Positions 1 to 8,820 of a stretch of DNA of 64,000 nt are shown one piece after another; position 1 is the first letter of the stretch; the number at the start of each line of letters is the position of its first letter. This DNA comes from a virus, in the IMG/VR virus record IMGVR_UViG_3300045988_165032. The stretch is one strand, 5' to 3'. The translations under genes and the position numbers were made by a program. Under the pieces are notes generated by a model. It was given only the letters and a program-made list of their open reading frames with translations, had not been told where the DNA came from and ran no database searches.

Positions 1-958
1 GAAATTGCGGGGATAGAATATAATCAATAAAGACTAAGTTATAATAGCGATATTATAATGGCAAGTAGTAATGTGCTTGGTATAGTAAAACGTTTATTGT
101 AGTTCCAATCCGCAGCCAAGTGTCTCACGGAGACAAAGGTTCAACGACTAGGTTTTATAACCGTAGATTTTATAATCGAAATACCCGTAGGTATTTAGGA
201 GGAATAATTATGGAAAAACAAGAAATTTGGAAAAAAATTTTAATTAACGGTCAAGAAACTTTTTATAGTGTATCTAATTATGGTAATGTGCGTAATGATT
301 CAACTAAAACCTTATTAGGAGGATCAGTTACTAATAATGGTTATCGTATAGTGCATTTACGTTATCGAATAGATAAGAATTGCTCAGTTCATAGATTGGT
401 TATGAAAGCATTTAAACCTTGTGAAGAGATGGATGAATTGCAAGTTAATCATATAGATGGAAATAAATTAAATAATAATATAGATAATTTAGAGTGGTCA
501 ACAGCATTAGAGAATATGCGTCATAGTTACACTAGTAATTTACAACAACATGAAATGAAAGAATGTCATCAATATGATTTAAGTGGCAATTACATTCAGT
601 CTTTTGTAAATGGTTATGAAGCTGCACAAAAGCTTAATTTGGATTACACTAGTATATGGAGATGTATAACAGAACAACAGCAGCATTATAAACAATATCA
701 GTTTAAATCGTATAAAAAAGATAAGATCAACTGTTGGAGTAATTCAAACAAGAAAATAGTTTATGTATATGATAATAATGGTAATTTTATTGACTCTTAT
801 AATTCACAGAAAGAGTGTGCTAAAGCTTTTGGAGTTGCACCTTCATCTATTTGCCGATATTTAAAAGGTATTCGTAAATTAAAAGGTTTTGTTTTTTCTG
901 ATATTCCTTTATAAATATTTGAAGATATAGTCTGATGTATTATATTATATAATATATG
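1..958 (+). mobile_element. Group I self-splicing intron, 5' end cut by the window, carrying an HNH homing endonuclease in the P8 loop
   Basis: Conserved core elements are present. P: AATTGCGGGGA at 2-14. Q: AATCCGCAGCCAAG at 107-120. R: GGTTCAACGACTAGG at 138-152. S: GAAGATATAGTCTGA at 921-935. R and S give the P7 pairing ACUA/UAGU. A terminal G lies at 958, immediately before an exon that starts KTTIATKF. Confidence 0.6.
210..914 (+). CDS. HNH homing endonuclease (HNH_3 plus NUMOD/IENR1 DNA-binding repeats), intron-encoded
   Basis: ATG at 210 is preceded by an AGGAGG RBS at 197-202. HNH motif HRLVMKAF...NHIDGNKLNNNIDNLEW. C-terminal NUMOD-like helix-turn-helix. The ORF-track start at 120 is a GTG that overlaps the intron R element. 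Confidence 0.8.
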   Translation: MEKQEIWKKILINGQETFYSVSNYGNVRNDSTKTLLGGSVTNNGYRIVHLRYRIDKNCSVHRLVMKAFKPCEEMDELQVNHIDGNKLNNNIDNLEWSTALENMRHSYTSNLQQHEMKECHQYDLSGNYIQSFVNGYEAAQKLNLDYTSIWRCITEQQQHYKQYQFKSYKKDKINCWSNSNKKIVYVYDNNGNFIDSYNSQKECAKAFGVAPSSICRYLKGIRKLKGFVFSDIPL

Positions 959-1897
959 AAAACGACAATCGCAACCAAATTTCCACGCCACTTGTTGCTG
1001 GCTTTTGAGAAAGGATACAACGCGATTCCTGGAGCAATGGCTCAGCCAATTAATACTTGGGCGGAATTTAGAAAAGTGCTGAGACAATTAAAAGATGAAA
1101 AAGTAAAAGAACAGTTTGAAACGATTATTCTGGATACAGCAGATATCGCATATGACTTGTGTGAAAAGTATATTTGTGCCAATGCAAAAAGACCAGATGG
1201 CGGCTTTGGGGTGGATTCTGTTAGTGATATTCCTTTTGGGAAAGGGTATACTCTAGTCGCCAAAGAATATGATGAATGTTTACGTTCTATTATTCAAATG
1301 GATTACGGTTTAGTTTTAATTAGTCACTCAGTAGATAAAACTTTTAAAGATGAGCAAGGTCAAGAGTATAATCAGATCGTTCCTACCTTAGGAAATAAAC
1401 CTAGAGCGATTGTATCTCGAATGTGCGATATTATAGGCTACTCTCGTAGTATTCAAGATAAAGAAGGTAAAACTTCAACTAAATTATTTATGCGTGGAAC
1501 GCCAAGATATATTGCAGGCTCTCGTTTTAAATATACTCCAGATTACATTGATTTTAATTATCAAAGCTTAGTTGATGCTATTGGCATGGCTATTGATAAA
1601 CAAATGGAAGAAGATGGAAGTGAGTATTTTACAGACGAAAGATCAAACTTATATAAAGACACAAGAGCGGAATTAGATTTTGATGAATTATTGAATAGTT
1701 TCAATACTATTGTAAATGATTTAATCATGCAAAAATCTAATGAGGAATTTAAAGAATATTGGCAGCCTAGAATCGTTCAAATTACAGATAGATATTTAGG
1801 AAAAGGTATGAAAGTTAGTCAATGTTCAAGAGATCAAGTTGAGGCTTTAGATTTAATTGTTACTGACTTGAAAGAATTAGTAAAAAGTGTGGATTAG
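959..1897 (+). CDS. AAA_24/Sak4-like ATPase, 3' exon only (5' exon lies upstream of the window)
   Basis: The exon begins KTTIATKFP, the second half of a Walker A GxxGxGKT(T) motif. Downstream AAA_24-like blocks: TIILDTADIAYDL, GLVLISHSVDK, VPTLGNKPRAIVSRMCDIIGY. Confidence 0.55.
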   Translation, partial: KTTIATKFPRHLLLAFEKGYNAIPGAMAQPINTWAEFRKVLRQLKDEKVKEQFETIILDTADIAYDLCEKYICANAKRPDGGFGVDSVSDIPFGKGYTLVAKEYDECLRSIIQMDYGLVLISHSVDKTFKDEQGQEYNQIVPTLGNKPRAIVSRMCDIIGYSRSIQDKEGKTSTKLFMRGTPRYIAGSRFKYTPDYIDFNYQSLVDAIGMAIDKQMEEDGSEYFTDERSNLYKDTRAELDFDELLNSFNTIVNDLIMQKSNEEFKEYWQPRIVQITDRYLGKGMKVSQCSRDQVEALDLIVTDLKELVKSVD

Positions 1898-1910
1898 TCC
1901 ACACTTTTTT
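1887..1910 (+). terminator. Rho-independent terminator (GTGTGGA-TTAG-TCCACAC followed by a T run)
   Basis: 7-bp stem plus T6 directly after the stop codon of the ATPase exon. Confidence 0.5.
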
Positions 1911-1937
1911 GATATTTATTAAAAAATATGTTATAAT
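1909..1937 (+). promoter_or_regulatory. Sigma-A-type promoter: TTGATA, 17-nt spacer, TGTTATAAT (extended -10)
   Basis: -35 at 1909-1914, spacer 17 nt, -10 TATAAT at 1932-1937 with an upstream TG. The same architecture recurs at 8750-8778 and 20053-20081. Confidence 0.45.
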
Positions 1938-1963
1938 ATAATAAAAGAATTAAGGAGTTTTAA

Positions 1964-2479
1964 ATGGCTCATTTAGTAACGTGCGTTTATTGTAAAAAAC
2001 GTTTTGATAGAGACAAAATAGACACAACTCAAATTTCCGCAAGGAGATATGCACATAAAGAATGTGCGGAAAAGAATCAAAAAGAAAAAAGCCAGGAAGA
2101 GCAAGACTTAGAAAAATTAGAGCAATATATTATGAAACTATTTGATGAACCTTATATTAATGCTAGAATTAAAAAACAAATTAAAGATTATAAAGCTATG
2201 TATAATTATACTTATAGTGGAATGTTAAAATCTTTGATTTGGTTTTATGAAATTAAAGGAAATTCAATAGAAAAAGCGAATGGCGGAATTGGTATTATCC
2301 CTTTTATATACAAGGATGCTTTACAATATTATTATAGCTTGTATTTAGCGAAATTATCAAATGAAAATAAGAATATTGAAGAATATAAACCTAAAATAAA
2401 ATATATAGAAATCACCCCCCCTTCTGCGATTCGAAAAATGAAAAGGCTATTTAATTTAGACAGTAAGGAGGAAGAATGA
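1964..2479 (+). CDS. Hypothetical zinc-finger protein (CxxC...HxxC), possible helicase-associated factor
   Basis: ORF with an AAGGAG RBS. N-terminal CVYCKK...HKEC. Sits immediately upstream of the dnaB-like gene. Confidence 0.45.
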   Translation: MAHLVTCVYCKKRFDRDKIDTTQISARRYAHKECAEKNQKEKSQEEQDLEKLEQYIMKLFDEPYINARIKKQIKDYKAMYNYTYSGMLKSLIWFYEIKGNSIEKANGGIGIIPFIYKDALQYYYSLYLAKLSNENKNIEEYKPKIKYIEITPPSAIRKMKRLFNLDSKEEE

Positions 2480-2480
2480 A

Positions 2481-3511
2481 GTGGGAAAATATGTAGACAT
2501 TCCATCTATTATTCAAGTTATTGGAGGGATTTATTTAAACCCTAATTTACTAGATGAAGATGGAAAATATTTTTTTAATGAAGAGGATTTTACAGAAGAA
2601 TTTCATAAAATTCTTTTTGGGTCTATATATAATTTACATGAATTAGGTGCTAAAGAAATTTCTATCAATGCGATAGAAGATTATTTAGAGCAAAGACCAA
2701 AAAGTTATGCAGTTTATAAAGCTAATAAGGGACAAGAATATCTTCAAAAATTAAGTAAATCAGTACAATTAGCTGCTTTTGATTTTTATTATAGCAGGAT
2801 GAAAAAGATGACTTTGCTAAGAATGTATCAAAATATAGGAATGGATTTATCATGGTTATATGATATAGACAATATCATGGATGTTAAGAAGAAGCAGGCT
2901 CAAGAGGATTGGTTAGATAATTCATCTATTGAAGATATTGCAGAGATCATTGACAAAAAAATTACTGATATAAGATTAAAGTATGTAGATGATGCTTCTA
3001 ATGGTGCGGAGCTGGCAGGTAATGGAGCATTAGAGCTACTCGAACGCTTAAAAGAGACACCTGAAGCAGGATATCCTCTATTCGGACCCTTGATAAATAC
3101 TGTAACTAGAGGGGCTAGATTAAAGAAATTTTATTTGCGATCAGCCGCAACAGGAGTAGGAAAAACACGAGCGATGATTGCGGATGCATGTTCTATTGCG
3201 TGCGATGAAATTTATGATTCTAAAGAAGGAAAATGGATTCCAAATGGAACTAAAGAACCAACAATCTTTATTTCAACAGAGCAAGAAAAAGATGAAATTC
3301 AAACTATGATAATTGCTTTTTTATCTGACGTAGATGAAGAGCATATTATTTCTGGAGAGTATTATGCTGGAGAATGGGAGCGTGTTATTTACGCAGCAAA
3401 TCTTTTAAAACAATGCCCTCTATATATAGAACAATTACCAGATTTTTCGCTAAAGGATATCGAGAATACTATTAAGCGTGGAGTTAGAGAGTATAATATT
3501 AGGTATGTGTT
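2481..3511 (+). CDS. dnaB: Replicative DnaB-like helicase, 5' exon (3' boundary approximate)
   Basis: GTG start with an AGGAGG RBS. DnaB N-terminal domain. Walker A SAATGVGKT. The exon ends near ...NIRYVF just before the DYxxx (Walker B/H2) motif. The listed ORF to 3578 reads through into the intron. Confidence 0.6.
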
Positions 3512-4526
3512 CAACCCTTTTGTGGGTTTAAAGGACTGTGTAAAACTTTTCCAGCTTACCACTGGGGTTATCGTTTAAGATAGCTAACGGGGAACCCTAA
3601 GTAGAAATATATGGGAATCCCGTGGGAAACTTTGGACAGAAATAATCAAATTTATTTTGACTACTTTCATACACAAATAGAAAATTGTGTGGAAGGAGTT
3701 AAAAATGGCAATAGTTTACTGTTATACTAATCAAATCAATAATAAAAAATATATAGGACAAACAATTAACCCAGAGCAAAGAAAAAATCAGCATCGAAGT
3801 TCTGCTTTCAATCCTTCTGATAAAGATTATGAATCATTAATTCATAGAGCTTTTAGAAAATATGGTTATGAAAATTTTACTTATGAAGTATTAGCTGAAA
3901 TTTATGACAATGATTTTGACTTACTTAATAAGCTAGAACAATATTATATTTTAAAATTTAACTCAAAAGTTCCTAATGGCTATAATGTTTTAGAAGGTGG
4001 AAAGAATTGTGCGAGACCGCATAAGGAAGAGACTAAAGAAAAAATGAGATGGTCTCATGCAGCTCTTACGAAAGAAGAAGTTATCTCTTTGCGAATTGCT
4101 TATAAAGAACAAAAAAGTCCAACTAAAATATTTAAAGAAAAATACGAAGGAAGAATAGAATGGCAATCTTTTTTAAATATCTGGACTGGAAAAAGGTATG
4201 CTACTGTAATGCCAGAAGTTTTTAAAACAAATGATGGTACGGGAAGAAAAACCAAACTTACTGTTGAAATTGTAAAAGCAATTAGGGAAGAAAGAGAAAA
4301 AACAGGGAAAAGCTATGATAAAATAGCAAAACAATATGGAATCTCAAAAGCAACTGTTGCAGATTTGATTAAAAGAAGAACTTGGAAAAATGTCTAAAGA
4401 ACCTGTATCGACTATCCTCGGATCGGAGGAGTAGGACTACTATTGGTACGTAGTTCGAAATGGTTTCCTATGACTTTTGTCGTAGTAAGAGATAGTCAAC
4501 GCCTCTTGAAAGAGAGGACTTACGTG
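3509..4526 (+). mobile_element. Group I intron (td-like IA2) carrying a GIY-YIG homing endonuclease in the P6 loop; boundaries within about 5 nt
   Basis: 5' core CTAACGGGGAACCCTAAGTAGA...GGGAATCCCGTGGGAAAC resembles the T4 td intron P3-P4-P5 region. 3' core TGTATCGACTATCC...GTAAGAGATAGTCAACGCCTCTTGAAAGAGAGGAC gives R/S and the P9 hairpin. It separates two halves of one DnaB reading frame. Confidence 0.55.
3705..4397 (+). CDS. GIY-YIG homing endonuclease (I-TevI-like) with C-terminal NUMOD/IENR1 domain
   Basis: IVYCYTN...KYIGQT...R...E...N motifs. GGAAGGAG RBS before the ATG at 3705. Embedded in the intron. Confidence 0.8.
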   Translation: MAIVYCYTNQINNKKYIGQTINPEQRKNQHRSSAFNPSDKDYESLIHRAFRKYGYENFTYEVLAEIYDNDFDLLNKLEQYYILKFNSKVPNGYNVLEGGKNCARPHKEETKEKMRWSHAALTKEEVISLRIAYKEQKSPTKIFKEKYEGRIEWQSFLNIWTGKRYATVMPEVFKTNDGTGRKTKLTVEIVKAIREEREKTGKSYDKIAKQYGISKATVADLIKRRTWKNV

Positions 4527-5046
4527 CTTCGATTACATCCATACAAGTATGAAAATTTTAAGTGAAGTCTCATCTAAGACTGGAGTAAGAGGATTAAGAG
4601 AAGATAATATCCTTTTTATGATTTCAATTCGCTTAAAAGATATGTGTAACCAGTATGGTATTTTTATTATGACAGCAACTCAGTTAAATAGTAGTTATAT
4701 AACAGCTCAACAATATGATCAGAATCTGTTAAGAGGAGCTAAATCTATTGCGGATAAAATTGATTGTGGTATGATTATGCTTGAAGTTGATAATGATGAT
4801 CGTAACGCTTTAGAAAATGTTTTAGCTCAAGGAGGATTTGAGACGCCTCAAATTAAAATATCTATTTATAAAAATCGTAGAGGTAGATATAAAGGAATTT
4901 TATTGTGGTGTAAGGCGAATAGAGGTACTTGTAAAATTATTCCTATGTTTGCAACTAATTACCAGTATGAGTTGATTCCTATTGAAGATTTAAAAATCAC
5001 TGTTAAGCCAAAAGAAGAAAAAAAGACTGATGTTAGTGCTTTTTAA
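4527..5046 (+). CDS. dnaB: DnaB-like helicase, 3' exon (5' boundary approximate)
   Basis: The in-frame sequence upstream of the listed ATG (from about 4527) encodes FDYIHTSMKIL, the DYLQL-type motif. ISIRLKDMCNQYGIFIMTATQLN matches DnaB ISRSLKxLAKELNVPVIALSQLNR. Confidence 0.6.
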
Positions 5047-5075
5047 TTTAAAAAGAAAGAAAGGAATAAAGAGTC

Positions 5076-6212
5076 TTGTATAAGTATGATAAAGACGAAT
5101 TAAAATTAAATCTTTCAATAGAGCAAGTTTTTGATCTGGTCGCGGAATTGGGTGGAGAGCCACGAATGGAAAGTGGTTTTTTTATTTCTAAAACAATATG
5201 TCATAATCATGCTGGAGAAGGCTCTTATAAATTATATTATTATGACAATACTAAATTATTTAGATGCTATACTGATTGTGGGACTAGCTTTGATATATAT
5301 GAACTTGTAAGAAAGATAAAAAATAATAGTAAGGACTTAAAAAGTTATTATAACAAAGAAGGAAAAGTTTGTTATAGAGAATGGGAACTTTTTGATGCTG
5401 TTGAATTTGTTGCAATATATTATGGATATTCACCAAAAACATTTGATTTTCAAAAGACTCAAGAGAAATTAAAAGATTGGGAAGTTCTTAATAATTATGA
5501 GCAAATAAACAAAGATGAACAAGAGCAAAGAGTAGAATTAAGAATTTTTGATAATAAAATTTTACAGTATTTACCTCGTCCGCGAATAATAACTTGGGAA
5601 CAAGAGGGAATAAAAAAGGAGGTAATGGATCATAGGGGCATCGCCTATGATCCTAAAAACCAAGGTATAGTAATTCCGCATTATGATATAAATAATCAAT
5701 TAGTTGGAATAAGAGAAAGAACTTTAATTAAAGAAGAAGAAAATTTTGGAAAATATCGACCAGCTATTCTAAATGGAGTTATGTATAACCACCCTCTAGG
5801 CTTTAACCTATATAATCTTAATAATAGTAAAGATAATATAAAAATAATTAAAAAAGTTATTGTTTATGAAGGAGAAAAATCTTGTCTTTTATATGCTAGC
5901 TATTTTGGAGAAGAAAATGACATTAGTGTAGCTTGTTGCGGAAGTTCATTAATTACTTATCAAGTTAAATTATTATTATCTTTAGGGGTAAAAGAAATTA
6001 TTGTTGCTTTTGATAAACAGTTTATTACTATTGGTGATGATGAATGGAAGCGTTGGACAAAGAAATTAACAGATATTCATAATAAGTATGGTGCTTATAC
6101 TCAAATATCTTTTATGTTTGATAGATGGGACCTATTGCAATATAAATCAAGCCCAATAGATGAAGGAAAAGATACTTTTATGGAACTATTTAAAAGGAGA
6201 ATTATATTATGA
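5076..6212 (+). CDS. dnaG: DnaG-like DNA primase (CHC2 zinc finger plus TOPRIM)
   Basis: CHNHAGEGSYKLYYYDNTKLFRCYTDCGTSFDIYELV zinc-binding region. VIVYEGEKS TOPRIM acidic motif. Apparent TTG start. Confidence 0.7.
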   Translation: MYKYDKDELKLNLSIEQVFDLVAELGGEPRMESGFFISKTICHNHAGEGSYKLYYYDNTKLFRCYTDCGTSFDIYELVRKIKNNSKDLKSYYNKEGKVCYREWELFDAVEFVAIYYGYSPKTFDFQKTQEKLKDWEVLNNYEQINKDEQEQRVELRIFDNKILQYLPRPRIITWEQEGIKKEVMDHRGIAYDPKNQGIVIPHYDINNQLVGIRERTLIKEEENFGKYRPAILNGVMYNHPLGFNLYNLNNSKDNIKIIKKVIVYEGEKSCLLYASYFGEENDISVACCGSSLITYQVKLLLSLGVKEIIVAFDKQFITIGDDEWKRWTKKLTDIHNKYGAYTQISFMFDRWDLLQYKSSPIDEGKDTFMELFKRRIIL

Positions 6213-6640
6213 GATATAAAGAACAAAAAAGAGACTTGTTTAGCACGGATAGTGATTATTACTTAGCACATTGCATTTCTGCGGATTTTGGGATGGGTAA
6301 GGGAATAGTTGTTGAATTTAATAAAAGGTTTGATATGAAAAATAAATTGAAACAATTATATCCTAATTATCTTCAAACTTGGACAAATGGAGATTGTCTT
6401 AAAGAAGGAAAAGTATTTAATCTTATTACTAAAGAAAGATACTATAGTAAACCAACTTTAGCAACTCTTAAAAATGCGTTAATTAAAATGAAAGAAATTT
6501 GTTTAAAAGAAAATATTACAAAAATTGCAATGCCTAAAATCGGATGTGGATTAGACCAATTAAATTGGAATGATGTTAAACGGTTATTATTTGAAACATT
6601 TGAAAATACAGATATTGAAATTTTTGTTTGTTATTTATAA
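6209..6640 (+). CDS. Small macro-domain (ADP-ribose-binding/hydrolase-like) protein
   Basis: YLAHCISADFGMGKGIVVEF resembles the macro-domain N-x-A-N...GGG ADP-ribose pocket. IAMPKIGCGLDQLNW resembles the IAFPxISTGxyGyP motif. Start overlaps the primase stop (ATGA). Confidence 0.5.
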   Translation: MRYKEQKRDLFSTDSDYYLAHCISADFGMGKGIVVEFNKRFDMKNKLKQLYPNYLQTWTNGDCLKEGKVFNLITKERYYSKPTLATLKNALIKMKEICLKENITKIAMPKIGCGLDQLNWNDVKRLLFETFENTDIEIFVCYL

Positions 6641-6650
6641 GGAGAGTATT

Positions 6651-6881
6651 ATGATTAAAATAATAAGAAAAGGAACAAGAAAAGTTCAAGAATGTAAGGA
6701 ATGTGGATGTTTATTTAGTTATGAAGAAGAAGATGTAAAAACAAAATCAGACTGTTTGGGCATCATGCCAGTTTATTATGAAAAATATATTAATTGTCCT
6801 CAATGTAAAAAAAATATTACTTTGGAGGAAATTAAATCTCCTCAATGTAAAAAAAATATTACTTTGGAGGAAATTAAATGA
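6651..6881 (+). CDS. Small double zinc-ribbon protein with a duplicated C-terminal 14-aa segment
   Basis: AGGAGAG RBS then ATG at 6651. CKEC...CPQC...PQC. The C-terminus CPQCKKNITLEEIKSPQCKKNITLEEIK comes from a 42-nt tandem duplication. Confidence 0.45.
   Translation: MIKIIRKGTRKVQECKECGCLFSYEEEDVKTKSDCLGIMPVYYEKYINCPQCKKNITLEEIKSPQCKKNITLEEIK
6797..6880 (+). repeat. Perfect tandem duplication, 2 x 42 nt, covering the end of one gene and the RBS/start of the next
   Basis: TCCTCAATGTAAAAAAAATATTACTTTGGAGGAAATTAAAT(C/G) occurs twice back to back. Only the second copy ends in ATG, the start of the DHH gene. Confidence 0.9.
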
Positions 6882-8677
6882 AATACCAGTTAATTAAACC
6901 TGTTAATTTAAAATATTCCGCGATAGAGCAAATTTTAACAAATCGTGGAATCAAACATGAAGATATTAAACATTATTTGAATACTACTGATAATGACATT
7001 TATTCGCCTTTAGAGTTAGGAGAAAAGGTATTAAAAGAAGGCGTTGCTGTACTTTTAAAAGCAATTTATAATAATACAAAAACTTTAATCATAGTAGATT
7101 CTGACTGTGATGGTTTTACCAGCAGTGCTGTTTTAATTAACTTTTTATATGACCATTTTCCGCGATATATTCTTTCAAAAGTAGAATGGTTAGTTCATAG
7201 CGGAAAACAACATGGATTAAAGGATTGTAAAGATATAATTCTTGAAAAAGACTATTCTTTAGTTATTTGCCCAGATTCTTCAAGTAACAATTTTGAAGAA
7301 CATAAAATGTTAAACGAGAAAGGAATAGATGTTTTAGTTCTAGATCATCATAAAGCTGATCATATAAGTGAAAATGCTATTGTTATAAATAATCAATTAA
7401 GTGACTATCCAAATAAACAGCTATCTGGTGTTGGTATTGTATGGCAGTTTTGCAGATATATAGATTTAATTATGAAAACCAATTATGCCGAAGATTATGT
7501 AGATTTAGTTGCATTAGGTCTAATGGCAGATATGATGAGTATGACTTCTTTTGAGACTAGGCATTTAATTACAAAGGGATTTAAAAATGAAAATATCCAG
7601 AATCCTTTTATCGTATATATAGCAGATAGAAATAGTTATTCATTAGGAAAAAATATCACTCCTATGGGAGCAGCGTTTTACATTGCACCTTTTGTTAATG
7701 CTATTGCTAGAAGCGGTACTTTAGAAGAAAAACATATTGTTTTTAAATCAATGCTTAAATTTGAAGCTTCAAAAAAAATACCTTCTACAAAAAGGGGACA
7801 TAAAGAAGGAGAAGAAGAGCCATTAGTGCTTCAAGCAATTAGAACTGCAATCAATGTTAAAAATCGACAGACAAAAGCTCAAGATGTAGGAATGACACTC
7901 TTAGAAGATAAAATTGAAAAGAAGCATTTATTAGATCACAAAGTGCTATTGTTTTTACTTAAACCAGGGGAGATTAATTCTAATATAGCTGGATTAATCG
8001 CGAATAAGTTTATGTCAAAGTATCAAAGACCTTGTTGCATTTTAACTCAAGTTGAAGATGAAAATAAGATTTTTTATCAAGGTTCTGCGAGAGGATATGA
8101 GAAAGGTGGAGTTGCTAATTTTAAAAATTTGTGTGAATCCGCACCAGGGGTAGAGTTTGCAGAAGGACATCCAAACGCCTTTGGTTTGAGTTTATATCTA
8201 GGTCAAAAAGGCTATGATGAAGAAGTTTGGGGTGAATCTATACTTTTGTTTTTAGATTATACAGATGAAGTTCTTAAATTCATGTCGTCTGAACCAATTT
8301 ATTTAGTAGATTATATTTATGAAGGAAATCAAGTTAAAGCAGAAAATATTCTTGATATAGCTTCATTAGATGATCTTTGGGGAAAAGATATGGAAGAACC
8401 TTTAGTTGCGGTTAAAGGTTTAACAATTACAAAAGACATGATAACTTTAATGTCACCAGATAAAAAACCTACTTTAAAAATAACTTTACCAAATAATATT
8501 TCTTTAATTAAATTCAATTCTTCTCAAGAGGAATACGAAAAATTATTTTCAGAGGATGGATATGTAGCTATTGATTTGGTAGGTAAATGTAATAAGAATG
8601 AATGGCAAGGATATGTAAATCCTCAAATTTTTATTGAAGATTATGAAATTGTTGATTCTAGTCAATATTACTTTTAA
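6878..8677 (+). CDS. DHH/DHHA1 family phosphoesterase, RecJ-like ssDNA exonuclease
   Basis: Motifs IVDSDCDGFTS, VLVLDHHKADH and GHPNAFG (DHHA1). Confidence 0.65.
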   Translation: MKYQLIKPVNLKYSAIEQILTNRGIKHEDIKHYLNTTDNDIYSPLELGEKVLKEGVAVLLKAIYNNTKTLIIVDSDCDGFTSSAVLINFLYDHFPRYILSKVEWLVHSGKQHGLKDCKDIILEKDYSLVICPDSSSNNFEEHKMLNEKGIDVLVLDHHKADHISENAIVINNQLSDYPNKQLSGVGIVWQFCRYIDLIMKTNYAEDYVDLVALGLMADMMSMTSFETRHLITKGFKNENIQNPFIVYIADRNSYSLGKNITPMGAAFYIAPFVNAIARSGTLEEKHIVFKSMLKFEASKKIPSTKRGHKEGEEEPLVLQAIRTAINVKNRQTKAQDVGMTLLEDKIEKKHLLDHKVLLFLLKPGEINSNIAGLIANKFMSKYQRPCCILTQVEDENKIFYQGSARGYEKGGVANFKNLCESAPGVEFAEGHPNAFGLSLYLGQKGYDEEVWGESILLFLDYTDEVLKFMSSEPIYLVDYIYEGNQVKAENILDIASLDDLWGKDMEEPLVAVKGLTITKDMITLMSPDKKPTLKITLPNNISLIKFNSSQEEYEKLFSEDGYVAIDLVGKCNKNEWQGYVNPQIFIEDYEIVDSSQYYF

Positions 8678-8749
8678 CTACCGGGCAGTCTACGCCCGAT
8701 TCTGAGAACTGAAAGTGGTTTTGGATTTTTTCAGACCAAAAATTATTTT

Positions 8750-8778
8750 TTGATTTTTCTTTAAAAAAATGTTATAAT
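8750..8778 (+). promoter_or_regulatory. Promoter: TTGATT, 17-nt spacer, TGTTATAAT
   Basis: Consensus-like -35/-10 with extended TG, 40 nt upstream of the helicase gene. Confidence 0.4.
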
Positions 8779-8820
8779 ATAAGTAAAAGTATATATTTAT
8801 AAGATAAGGAAAGGTAAAAT

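Noticed and set aside
120-209. N-terminal extension of the HNH ORF from a GTG at 120
   Set aside because: It overlaps the intron R/P7 element. A strong AGGAGG RBS precedes the ATG at 210. The extension is low-complexity (RFYNRRFYNRNTRRY).
797-1263. Minus-strand ORFs 797..1087 and 1042..1263
   Set aside because: They are antisense to the HNH and ATPase coding sequence. No RBS.
3512-3578. C-terminal tail of the DnaB ORF (…NPFVGLKDCVKLFQLTTGVIV*)
   Set aside because: It is read-through into intron sequence. The DnaB motifs resume in frame about 1 kb downstream.
8678-8749. Possible terminator hairpins after the DHH gene (CGGGC…GCCCG and TTTTGG…CCAAAA)
   Set aside because: The stems are short (5-6 bp) with large loops. 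Too weak to call.
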